From positions 64,001-128,000 of the forward strand of contig CAVPNL010000015.1 of assembly GCA_963706575.1 (NCBI GenBank): DNA of 64,000 nt, written 5' to 3'. The notes below the pieces were generated by a model, which worked only from the letters and a program-made list of their open reading frames with translations, did no database searches and had not been told where the DNA came from. The stretch is from an uncultured delta proteobacterium (GTDB taxonomy: Bacteria > Desulfobacterota > Desulfobacteria > Desulfobacterales > JAHEIW01). Positions 50,085-59,176 of the stretch are shown one piece after another. Numbering within the stretch: position 1 is the first letter of the stretch; each line of letters begins with the position of its first letter. The translations under genes and the position numbers were made by a program.

Positions 50085-50390
50085 TTGGCAAACTTTGCTG
50101 AGATCAAACAGAATCTGGATCCGTCTTTTCATTATATTATTTTCGAAAAGACCGTAAACCCGGCTGACGGACCGGATTTCAGCGAGATCAGCGCTTTTAT
50201 CATGCGCTATCAGAAGGCCGTGATCGAACAGGAGGTGCATCGCGATCCAACCGGAAAGCATCTTTTGCTCGTTGTTAAATTAAACGCGGATGAAGTGGAT
50301 GAGATTTCACAGGAAATCCTAAATCTTACGTTCGCGGAGGATATCACGGTTTATGTTTACGGCCGACGCCCAAGCATTGAAACCGCTTGA
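50085..50390 (+). CDS. Hypothetical protein immediately upstream of mtbB
   Basis: 101 aa ORF filling the gap between gabT and mtbB; AGGAGG upstream; no recognised motif. Confidence 0.6.
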   Translation: MANFAEIKQNLDPSFHYIIFEKTVNPADGPDFSEISAFIMRYQKAVIEQEVHRDPTGKHLLLVVKLNADEVDEISQEILNLTFAEDITVYVYGRRPSIETA

Positions 50391-50429
50391 AGTAAAAAAC
50401 AATAAATCAAACGACTAAGGGAGGACATC

Positions 50430-51816
50430 ATGGGAAAAATTTTTACCCGTTACGGTGACGGGACGCCCACTGAAATGAGCGAAAGTGAGCTCAGGGCGGA
50501 TCTGGAGGCCGGCACCGCGGACGCAGCGGATCGCGGCAAAATACCGCCGTTATCCGAAGATGAGCTAAACCATCTATTCGATATTTTTAGCTCCCCCTAT
50601 AAATTTATCAGCGTGGAGCCCGGGCAGGAAATCGTTTTGACCTATGATGGCGCTCACGTGAAAATGCGGCGCCACGGAATCAATGTCGAGCGAATTCAGG
50701 GCCTGCAGATTTATGAAAAGATCATGGGTGCCGACACATTGGAACTCTGTCATGTTGACTATAGTTTCAAACCCATCAAGCCCATGATTACCTTTGAACA
50801 GCCGGTCATGGAACAGGCCCTTTTGGTCACCCATGCACCGATGTTTTACGGCGCCATGCCCAATCTTGGCCTTTACTCCCAGCCGGACGGTCCCTTCCCA
50901 AATCCGTCCGAGCTGATGCCGGCCGGAAAAATCGAAGAGGCCCAGGAGTCCCATGAGAAATCCGTCGAAGCAGCGGTCAAAGATATCGTTTTTATCGGCT
51001 GCTGCATGATTGAATGCGGGGCCGACGGGATTAACATCGACTCGACGGGCGCGGCCGGCGATGCCGATTTTCTGGCGGCGCTGTTGGCCACCCAGCAGCT
51101 TGAAGGAAAAATACCCGGACACCTGCATTGAGATCGGTATGGCCGGTGAATTTATTCTGGGGATGCATGCCGGCTTGGAATTTGAAGGCACCCGGCTGGC
51201 CGGCCTTTACCCCCACGATCAGGTAAAGCTGGTCGAAAAAGCCGGTGGAACGATCTATGGCCCGGTGGTCAACACCAATACCACCCAGTCCACCCCCTGG
51301 AATGTCGCCCGGGTGGTTACGTTCACCAAGGCGGTTGGCGAAGTCGCCAAAATCCCCATTCATGCCAATATGGGCATGGGTGTCGGTGCCGTCCCCACCT
51401 GCGATCATCCCCCCATCGATACCGTCTCCAGGGCTTCCAAGGCCATGGTCGAAATTTGCCGATTGGACGGGTTGTAGGTGGGCGTCGGCGATCCCTTCGC
51501 CATGGCGCTTGCTCACGCACACGCTTCGGGCATGGGCGGAATGCGGACCTCCGGAGATCTGGTCGCCCGCATGCAAATGACCCGCGGCATGAAAATTCAA
51601 GAAGCCAAAGAGTATGTCGCCAATAAACTAAATTTATCGATTCCCGAAATAACCGACCCGGTCATTATGACCGAGGTCAGACAGGACCTGAAGCTGGGTT
51701 GCATGTCGCCCCAGGCCGGTGATGCTCACGGAATCGAGGCCAAGTTCCGAATTGCCGAGGTTCTGGGTATCGAGATCAATTGTGTCAACAAATTTAAAAA
51801 CAAAGTTGCGTTTTAA
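50430..51816 (+). CDS. mtbB: Pyrrolysine-containing dimethylamine:corrinoid methyltransferase family protein (in-frame TAG at 51475; +1 frameshift near 51100, likely an error)
   Basis: Three track ORFs join into ~461 aa with MtbB motifs DYSFKP.KP, YGAMPNLGLY..PDGP, GAAGD.D, GMAGE, MGMGVG and RASKAMVE..DGL-TAG-VGVGDP, matching methanogen DGI-O-IGVGDP. Confidence 0.93.
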
Positions 51817-51848
51817 TTATAAACCGCATCCTTAGAGGAGACAGGTTC

Positions 51849-52503
51849 ATGTTAGATGAAAAGATCATTGAAGAAGCAATGCAACTGATTATTCAACAGA
51901 ACAAGGAAGCGGCAGCCAAACTGGCCCAAAAGGTCATATCTGAAGGCGTCTCTCCCATTGAATTATTGAACGAAGGATTTATTCCCGGGATCAATAAGGT
52001 TGGCGATTTGTTCGGGCGCGGCGAGCTGTTTCTGCCGGAATTGATTAAAGCGGCCGATACCATGAAAACGGTTACCGATATCGTCAACGAAGCGATCGCA
52101 GATGGCCCGGACAAACCGGAGGCCCAGGCGAAGGTTGTTATCGCCACGGTCAAAGGTGATGTTCACGATATCGGCAAAGCGATCGTGGTCTCATTGATGC
52201 GAGCCAACGGATTTACCGTTTATGATCTGGGGCGCGATGTCGAAACGGATAAGATCATCGAAGAAGCGCAAAAAGGTGGATGCAGACATCATCGGCACCA
52301 GCGCCCTGCTGACGACCACCATGCCCAAGCAGAAAGAGCTTGAAGAAGCGCTCAAAAGCGCCGGCTTGAGGGATCGTTTTAAAACGGTGGTCGGCGGTGC
52401 CCCGGTGACCCCTCGCTGGGCGGCCCGGATCGGTGCCGATGCCTATGCCGAAGATGCTCAGGACGGTGTTTTGAAAGTAAAAGAGCTCCTCGCACAGTCG
52501 TAG
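51849..52503 (+). CDS. mtbC: Cognate corrinoid protein (MtbC-like; +1 frameshift in the A-run near 52272)
   Basis: FLPEL, GDVHDIGK B12 motif and DLGRDV; next frame SALLTTTM, VGGAPV and IGADAYAE. Confidence 0.88.
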
Positions 52504-52545
52504 GCGGCTACCGACTTTAAATCCTTGTTGACATTTATCGGATTC

Positions 52546-52582
52546 CATTGTCGGCGTGCCCATTACTGATGCGCCGACAATG
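52546..52582. other. Intergenic stem-loop between mtbC and aor
   Basis: CATTGTCGGCG ... CGCCGACAATG, 11 bp perfect stem with no U-tract. Confidence 0.5.
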
Positions 52583-52594
52583 ACAGGGGGAAAC

Positions 52595-54361
52595 ATGCAC
52601 GGATTTTACAACCGAATATTAAAAATCGATTTAAGTCAGAAGAATTTTTCAATCGAAGCCCTCGGCGATGAAATCCCGCAAAGCCTGCTGGGCGGCAAAG
52701 GATTGTGTTCGCATCTTTTATTCAATCTCAATCCTCCGGGAGTCGATCCATTATCCCCGGAAAACTGTTTGATATTTGCCACCGGACCCAGCGCGGGAAG
52801 CACCATCTGGGGGTCGTGCCGCTACGGGGTGTTTACCAAGTCGCCCCAGACCGGGTTTTATTCGGAATCTTATTCCGGTGGAACGGTACCAGAGGCCATC
52901 GACAGCACCGGCTTTGATGCCATTGTCATTCAGGGAAAATGTGCCGACCGCACCGTCCTGGCGATTCACCCGGATGGTGTTGATTTCCATGATGCCGGCG
53001 ATATCTGGGGAATGGAAACATACGCCGCCGAAGATGCCGTAATGGAACGTTTCGGCAAATCCGATGATCGTTATCGGCGAAAAGGCGCGGTGGTGATCGG
53101 ACCCGCCGGTGAAAAGCTGGTCTGCTTTGCAGTGATTGAAAACAACTATTGGCGTTCGGCGGGAAGAACCGGCGTCGGCACGGTCATGGGCGCCAAACAG
53201 ATCAAAGGCATTTTGTTTCAGGGCGATCAGAAACGCTCGCTTTATGATGAAAAAGCGGTGCGCGAATTTTCAAAGAATCTGTCGGCAGAAGCCAAAGACA
53301 GCCCGGCCACCAATGCCTATAAATCGCTGGGAACGCCTATGATGGTTAAACTGATAAACACCGCCGGTGCGTTTCCGACGCGTTACTGGTCGGAAGGCGT
53401 ATATCAAGATTGGGAAAAGATCAGCGCCGATGCCTTGAATGAAAGATGCGACGTCAAGCCGCATGCCTGTCTCAAGTGTTTTATGGCCTGCGGGCGCATG
53501 AGCACCATCAAGGAGGGTCGTCATAGCGGTCTTAAGATCGAGGGCCCGGAGTATGAAACCATTTATGCCTTCGGGGGACTGTGCCTGATCGACAGCATCG
53601 AGGAAATCGCATATCTCAATGATGTTTGCGATCGCTTAGGCGTCGATACGATCACGGCCGGCAATTTATGTGCCTTTACGATTGAAGCCGCCCGGCAGGG
53701 CCGCATCGATTATAAAATCGATTACGGAGAGGTGGACTCCATTGCGGAATTACTTCATAAAATCGCCTTTAGAGAAGACATTGGTGATATACTGGCCGGC
53801 GGAATCAAGCAGGCGGCGAAACAATGGCAACTGGAAGACATAGCGGTTCACGTCAAGGGTCTGGAGCCGGCGGGATATGATCCGCGCGCGCTCAAAGGAA
53901 TGGGTCTCAGCTACGCCACCTCGGATCGCGGCGCGTGTCATTTAAGAGCGACGTTTTATAAACCGGAAATCAGTGGTATGATCCCGCCGGAGCAAATTGA
54001 AGGCAAAGCCGAGCTTTTTTTGGACTTTGAGGATCGCTTAACCCTTTTCGATACGATGATTCTTTGCCGGTTTTATCGTGACTTTTACGACTGGGATCAG
54101 CTGGCAAAGATGATTTACGCGGTGACCGGCATCGATGAAGGCAAAGAAGGGCTGCAGCAAAGGGCCCGACAAATTGCCGACCTCATCCGGCGTTTCAACT
54201 TGCGGGAAGGATTAAAGCCCGAAGATGACCGGCTGCCGAAGGTCTTTCACCGCAAACTGGAAAATTCCGGGCAGGTCATTACGGAAGAAGAGCTCGAAAC
54301 CATGCTGCAGGATTATTACCGGCTGCATGGCTGGGATCAAAACGGTATCCCTGCCAGCTGA
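52595..54361 (+). CDS. aor: Tungsten aldehyde:ferredoxin oxidoreductase family protein
   Basis: KSPQTG, IGPAGE, AGRTGVG, CLKCFMAC, EGPEYET, YDPR and TSDRGACHLR. Confidence 0.92.
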   Translation: MHGFYNRILKIDLSQKNFSIEALGDEIPQSLLGGKGLCSHLLFNLNPPGVDPLSPENCLIFATGPSAGSTIWGSCRYGVFTKSPQTGFYSESYSGGTVPEAIDSTGFDAIVIQGKCADRTVLAIHPDGVDFHDAGDIWGMETYAAEDAVMERFGKSDDRYRRKGAVVIGPAGEKLVCFAVIENNYWRSAGRTGVGTVMGAKQIKGILFQGDQKRSLYDEKAVREFSKNLSAEAKDSPATNAYKSLGTPMMVKLINTAGAFPTRYWSEGVYQDWEKISADALNERCDVKPHACLKCFMACGRMSTIKEGRHSGLKIEGPEYETIYAFGGLCLIDSIEEIAYLNDVCDRLGVDTITAGNLCAFTIEAARQGRIDYKIDYGEVDSIAELLHKIAFREDIGDILAGGIKQAAKQWQLEDIAVHVKGLEPAGYDPRALKGMGLSYATSDRGACHLRATFYKPEISGMIPPEQIEGKAELFLDFEDRLTLFDTMILCRFYRDFYDWDQLAKMIYAVTGIDEGKEGLQQRARQIADLIRRFNLREGLKPEDDRLPKVFHRKLENSGQVITEEELETMLQDYYRLHGWDQNGIPAS

Positions 54362-54431
54362 AATCATCGCAAGAATTAAAAACTGCTTCGGATCAATGAC
54401 CAATTGCAATGTCGTCACCATTTGATTCTGC

Positions 54432-54505
54432 GGGGGGTGGATCGCAATGTGATCGTGTGGACTCTAAATCCACATAGGCGGGTGCAACTCCCGTACTCCC
54501 CGCCA
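54432..54505 (+). tRNA. pylT: tRNA-Pyl (anticodon CUA)
   Basis: Acceptor GGGGGGT/ACTCCCC, G discriminator and encoded CCA; D stem GATC/GATC; 6 bp anticodon stem TGTGGA/TCCACA with loop CT-CTA-AA; 3 nt variable loop; T arm GCGGG-TGCAACT-CCCGT; directly upstream of pylSc. Confidence 0.96.
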
Positions 54506-54557
54506 TTCAATTTTTATCAGGGTATAAATCCCTTATTCGGATCAAAAGAGGGTCTTG

Positions 54558-55400
54558 ATGGTTACATGGACAGAAACGCAACTGAGGCGCTTGCAGGAAC
54601 TGGATGTATCCGAGTCCGATTTGAATCAACACTTCGAAAATACTGATGACCGGGAAAACGCTTTTCAAGAGATCGAAAAAAAGCAAGCGCAAGAATTGCG
54701 CCAACGGCTGAAAACGTTTCGCGAAGTCGATTTCAGACCCGGACTGTGCAGGCTGGAAGCCAGATTGGCCGACACATTGATCAAACAGGGCTTCGTCCAG
54801 GTCACCACGCCGATCATGATGTCGAAAGGCCTGTTGCAAAAGATGTCTATCGATGCCAAACACCCGCTGAATTCACAGATATACTGGCTTGATAAGAATA
54901 AGTGTTTGCGCCCCATGCTGGCACCCCATCTGTATTATGTTCTGGTAGATTTGCTGCGCCTGTGGGACAAACCGGTCAAAATTTTTGAGGTCGGTCCCTG
55001 TTTTCGCAAGGAATCTCACGGTGCCCAGCATTCCAGTGAATTCACCATGCTCAATTTGGTCGAAATGGGGCTGCCCGCCGATCAACGCAAAGATAGGATA
55101 AAAGAGCTGGGGGCCCTGGTTTCAGAAGCAGCAGGCATTAGCGAATACCACTTTGAGAAGATAACCTCCGAAATTTATGGCGATACTATCGATATTGTGG
55201 CCGGAGAGGATCAGGTAGAGGTCGGTTCGGCTGCCATGGGTCCGCACCCGCTGGATCGTCCCTGGAAAATAACGGATACCTGGGTCGGAATCGGCTTTGG
55301 GCTTGAAAGGCTGCTGATGGTTGCACAAAACAGCAACAGTTTAGCAAAAATGGGCCGTAGCCTCACCTATTTAGACGGCATCCGGTTAAATATTCAATGA
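54558..55400 (+). CDS. pylSc: Pyrrolysyl-tRNA synthetase catalytic subunit
   Basis: TW..TQ..RL.EL, GFVQVTTP, LRPMLAP, FEVGPCFRKES.G..H..EFTMLNLVE, YGDT.D and GFGLERL. Confidence 0.96.
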   Translation: MVTWTETQLRRLQELDVSESDLNQHFENTDDRENAFQEIEKKQAQELRQRLKTFREVDFRPGLCRLEARLADTLIKQGFVQVTTPIMMSKGLLQKMSIDAKHPLNSQIYWLDKNKCLRPMLAPHLYYVLVDLLRLWDKPVKIFEVGPCFRKESHGAQHSSEFTMLNLVEMGLPADQRKDRIKELGALVSEAAGISEYHFEKITSEIYGDTIDIVAGEDQVEVGSAAMGPHPLDRPWKITDTWVGIGFGLERLLMVAQNSNSLAKMGRSLTYLDGIRLNIQ

Positions 55401-56524
55401 GACCTAAAGTGAACGTTAAGAACAACGGGCAACATTTTGAAGCCCTCCTCGTTAAATTAAAAGCGGAAGAAAATCTTTCAAAAGCCGAGATCAGGTTTCT
55501 GCTCAACCTTGACGATGGCGATAAGATCGATGCGCTTTTTCAAGAAGCCCGTGACAGACGCCAAAAGTATTTCGGCAACAAAGTCTTCATGTATGGATTC
55601 ATTTACGCCAGCACCTATTGCCGCAATGATTGCAGCTTTTGTCTTTTTCGCCGGTCGAATTCGCAAACGAAACGATACCGGAAATCAAAACAGGAAATTG
55701 TTGCAGCCGCCTTACGCCTGGCGGATTCCGGCGTTCATTTGATCGACCTGACCATGGGTGAAGATCCCGCCATTTTAAACGGCGGTGGGGCCGGTTTTGA
55801 ACAACTGGTTGATCTGGTCAGCACATTGCAAAAAGAGACGGGTCTTCCGATAATGGTTTCTCCTGGGGTGGTCCCCACACATGCCTTGCAACAATTGGCC
55901 GCAGCAGGTGCGGTCTGGTATGCCTGTTACCAGGAAACCCACAGCAATTCACTGTTTAACAAACTGCGGCCCGGCCAGGACTATCACAACCGCATGCAGA
56001 GCAAAGTTGACGCACACCATCTCGGTTTACTGGTCGAGGAAGGGCTGCTCTGCGGGGTCGGTGAAACCACAGATCATATAGCCCGATCGATCGACGCCAT
56101 GAAAAAATTGAGAGCGGATCAGGTGCGGGTGATGAACTTTGTGCCGCAGCCGGGTACGCCGATGGCAGGACAAGCGCCGCCGGATCCGCTGAGAGAGACA
56201 TTGATTGCTGCCGTCATGCGCCTCGTTTTTCCAGATAAGCTGATTCCGGCTTCATTGGACGTGGAAGGGATTGCCGGGTTAAAGCGCCGTTTGAATTCAG
56301 GTACAAATGTGGTCACATCCATCGTGCCCCCCGGTGAAGGTCTGGTTGGGGTGGCCCAGCATTCGTTGAATATTGAAGAAGGCGGACGTACAGCGGCGTC
56401 TGTGAAAAACGTGCTGAAGCGCCTCGGGCTGGAACCGGCCACCCGCCAAGAATACCAGAACTGGGTCCGTCGCCGCCAACAGGCCATCGCCAACAGCAGA
56501 AACAGCAGGGAGGTCGCGTGTTAG
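55397..56524 (+). CDS. pylB: Methylornithine synthase (radical SAM)
   Basis: FMYGFIY.STYCRNDCSFC, GVHLIDLTMGED, CYQETH, RVMNFVPQ.GTP and IPASLDVEG. Confidence 0.96.
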   Translation: MRPKVNVKNNGQHFEALLVKLKAEENLSKAEIRFLLNLDDGDKIDALFQEARDRRQKYFGNKVFMYGFIYASTYCRNDCSFCLFRRSNSQTKRYRKSKQEIVAAALRLADSGVHLIDLTMGEDPAILNGGGAGFEQLVDLVSTLQKETGLPIMVSPGVVPTHALQQLAAAGAVWYACYQETHSNSLFNKLRPGQDYHNRMQSKVDAHHLGLLVEEGLLCGVGETTDHIARSIDAMKKLRADQVRVMNFVPQPGTPMAGQAPPDPLRETLIAAVMRLVFPDKLIPASLDVEGIAGLKRRLNSGTNVVTSIVPPGEGLVGVAQHSLNIEEGGRTAASVKNVLKRLGLEPATRQEYQNWVRRRQQAIANSRNSREVAC

Positions 56525-57675
56525 TCGCCGTTGCCGGCGGAAATCTTCAGGGCGTAGAAACGGCGTACCTATCGCAAAAGGCGGGCTGGGACGTTCTCGT
56601 AATGGATCGCAAACCGATGGTACCGGCAACGGGGCTATGCGATACTTTTGTTCAGCTGGATATGACCTCAGAAAAAGATTTAGCGCAGGCCCTAAGTGGT
56701 GTTGATTTGGTCATTCCCGCGCTGGAGAACGATGCTGCCCTGGCCTGTTTAGGCCGGGTGACCCGCAACAATGGGATTCCATTTGCTTTTGATCCTGCCG
56801 CTTTTGCCATATCCTCCTCCAAAATACAATCTGAGCAGCTCTTTAAGCAAACCGGTGTCCCGACTCCCGCCCGTTGGCCAAAATGCAAATTCCCGGTCGT
56901 CGCCAAACCTGACCGGGGAAGCGGCAGCCAGGGCGTAACGGTATTTAATAATATTACCGATCTGCAGAACACCCTAAAACCACCAAACCCGCAATGGCTG
57001 ATACAGGAATTTATCCACGGGCCATCGTATTCTTTAGAAGTCATCGGATCGCCGGGTCACTATACCGTGCCCCAGGTCACCGATTTAGCAATCGATGCGC
57101 AATACGACTGCAAGCGTGTGACCGCACCATCAAGCCTGGCGGGTGAGCTGATCTTAAAATTTGAAGCGCTCTCGCTGGCGCTGGCGGATGCCTTAAACCT
57201 GAACGGCATAATGGATGTGGAAGTCATTTTGTCTGAAGATGAACTAAAGGTGATTGAAATTGATGCGCGCTTACCCAGCCAAACACCGACAACGGTTTAC
57301 TGGTCGACGGGTTTGAATATGGTCCAGTTATTGGGAGACTTTTTTTTAAACCGACAGACTCGCATTCAGCCGAATTCGACTAATGAATATGGCGTGATCT
57401 ATGAACACGTGAGGGTGGCATCAAATCATCTTGAAATTGCCGGCGAACACATCATGTCCGGAACGGATGCCCTTCACGTATACCCGGATTTTTTTGGCGC
57501 AGACGAGGCCATAACGAATTATGCTACGGGCCGCGACGATTGGGTCGCCACATTGATTGTTGTTGAAAAAAATGTGGAAGCCGCCTGGGACAAACGCAAT
57601 CAAATCATTGCGGATATTAAAAAAAGGTTTAAGCTGGAAATTTATCTGGATTCAGTCACGCAAGAAAAAACTTAG
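56518..57675 (+). CDS. pylC: 3-methylornithine--L-lysine ligase (ATP-grasp)
   Basis: GG.LQG.E..YL..KAG, GPSYSLEV, YDCKRV, GIMDVE, EIDARLPSQTP and GEHIM. Confidence 0.95.
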   Translation: MLVAVAGGNLQGVETAYLSQKAGWDVLVMDRKPMVPATGLCDTFVQLDMTSEKDLAQALSGVDLVIPALENDAALACLGRVTRNNGIPFAFDPAAFAISSSKIQSEQLFKQTGVPTPARWPKCKFPVVAKPDRGSGSQGVTVFNNITDLQNTLKPPNPQWLIQEFIHGPSYSLEVIGSPGHYTVPQVTDLAIDAQYDCKRVTAPSSLAGELILKFEALSLALADALNLNGIMDVEVILSEDELKVIEIDARLPSQTPTTVYWSTGLNMVQLLGDFFLNRQTRIQPNSTNEYGVIYEHVRVASNHLEIAGEHIMSGTDALHVYPDFFGADEAITNYATGRDDWVATLIVVEKNVEAAWDKRNQIIADIKKRFKLEIYLDSVTQEKT

Positions 57676-57685
57676 GAGACCACCT

Positions 57686-58537
57686 GTGACCCGACTGATA
57701 AGCGCTGACATCAGCGATATCGCCGCCAATTTGCAAAATTATGACAGGGAATTGGTGGCCAGAACGGGTTATTCCCTGAGCGGTATTGCCTGTCGTGCCG
57801 CTGAAATCGATGAAGCGCAGATCAAGAATTTACTGCCCGAAATTCGGGTGGGAGTCATACCGATCTCCAGCGGCGAAGGGATCATCGGCGGTTTCGGCGA
57901 TGCCGTTTTGAACATTCTTTTCCACATGGGTGCTAACGCCTTTGTAACCCGGACGACGGATGTCGCCGGAATTGTCGAATCCTATGAGAAAAAAGCAGAT
58001 ATGATAATGCTGGCCGATGATGAGCGCTTTGTGGCATTGCATATTCGAAGTCGCTCAATCGCTGACAATGCGGTTTGCACCGGCAACGCCTTTGCAACCG
58101 GATTGCGATTGATGGCCGGCAGCCTGAAAGGGCAAAAGGTGCTGGTCATCGGCTGTGGTCGGGTGGGGCGCAGCGTAACGGAGGCTTTGATCCTTATGGG
58201 TGCCCGGGTTTCAGTTTACGATGTTAAGATTGAACCGTTAAAGGAATGGGTCAAAACGGTAGATCAAACAGCTGATTCGAAGATTCAGATAGTCCAAAAA
58301 TTGGACTCCGCCTTGCAGCGTCACCAATTTATCATCGATGCTTCGCCGGCCCGCAACATTATCCATGCGCATCATATTACACCGGATACATATGTTAGCG
58401 CGCCCGGGGTTCCGTGCGGATTGGACGCCGAAGCAAAAGAGAGATTATCCAGTCGATTTTTGCACGATCCGCTTCAGCTAGGCGTCGCAACGATGCTGGT
58501 CAGTGCGGCCAAAGGCCACTGCGAGCGGCAACAATAA
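57686..58537 (+). CDS. pylD: 3-methylornithyl-N6-L-lysine dehydrogenase
   Basis: GTG start (TRL..D); G.GIIGGF, DVAG, ADD.RF, GCGRVG, APGVP.G and HDPLQLGVA.M. Confidence 0.93.
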   Translation: MTRLISADISDIAANLQNYDRELVARTGYSLSGIACRAAEIDEAQIKNLLPEIRVGVIPISSGEGIIGGFGDAVLNILFHMGANAFVTRTTDVAGIVESYEKKADMIMLADDERFVALHIRSRSIADNAVCTGNAFATGLRLMAGSLKGQKVLVIGCGRVGRSVTEALILMGARVSVYDVKIEPLKEWVKTVDQTADSKIQIVQKLDSALQRHQFIIDASPARNIIHAHHITPDTYVSAPGVPCGLDAEAKERLSSRFLHDPLQLGVATMLVSAAKGHCERQQ

Positions 58538-58560
58538 CAAAGAGATTCTCATCTATTTTT

Positions 58561-58923
58561 ATGCAAAATTCAGGTAAAAAAGCCGCGAAACGATTCTATC
58601 GCAAGCGCGTCGATCTTTTTCGGCTCATTGATAAAATAAAATTGTGGCCGTCGCGCAAAGGTATTTTGCATGGCATCCGGACCATTCAAAAGATAGGGGA
58701 CCAGGCCCAGATTACCACGCATTGTAACAAAACATTTCTGGCAAACGATTCCCGCAACAGCCGGGCCGCTCGCTGGTTAAGAAATAAATGGTTTAAGGAT
58801 GTCTGCCCGATCTGCCGGATTCCGGATTGGAAGCTGGAAAAATATTCATCAACCCAGTTCAAGCGCCATTACGGATCGGCTCTGCTGTCGGAGGATGAGT
58901 TGGATAAAAAAAACGGCGATTAA
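58561..58923 (+). CDS. pylSn: Pyrrolysyl-tRNA synthetase N-terminal (tRNA-binding) subunit
   Basis: KIKLWPSRKGILHGI, THC, SRNSRAARWLRNKW and C..CRIP.WKL.KY. Confidence 0.95.
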   Translation: MQNSGKKAAKRFYRKRVDLFRLIDKIKLWPSRKGILHGIRTIQKIGDQAQITTHCNKTFLANDSRNSRAARWLRNKWFKDVCPICRIPDWKLEKYSSTQFKRHYGSALLSEDELDKKNGD

Positions 58924-59176
58924 ATGGTCACAGTTTCAGAGGGCAAAGGTCAGATGGCAGATGATATGCATTGACCAAGATTCGATCTTTCATTTTTCAA
59001 ATATTGTTGACTGCAATTGAGGCTCACCTATGATTAATCGAAATAATCTGCAATTTTGAGGATTTTAACTATTTGGAATTAGCAAGGATATATGTAATAA
59101 ATTGCAGTTTTCTCTACATAGCAGCTATCCACAAAATTAGAAAATTGTAGATAGTGTTTGTTAATCTAATGACAGA

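Noticed and set aside
51478..51520. PYLIS-like hairpin after the mtbB amber (GGCGA-TCCCT-TCGCC)
   Set aside because: Only a short stem in GC-rich coding sequence; PYLIS is not required for Pyl insertion and cannot be supported without folding and covariation analysis.
16740..52280. Programmed frameshifting or pseudogenisation of the acyl-CoA synthetase, M20 hydrolase, mtbB and mtbC
   Set aside because: Each break is one extra base, mostly in short homopolymers (near 16748, 32125, 51100, 52272), with conserved sequence on both sides and no slippery heptamer. Sequencing error is the simplest explanation, though reads are needed to confirm.
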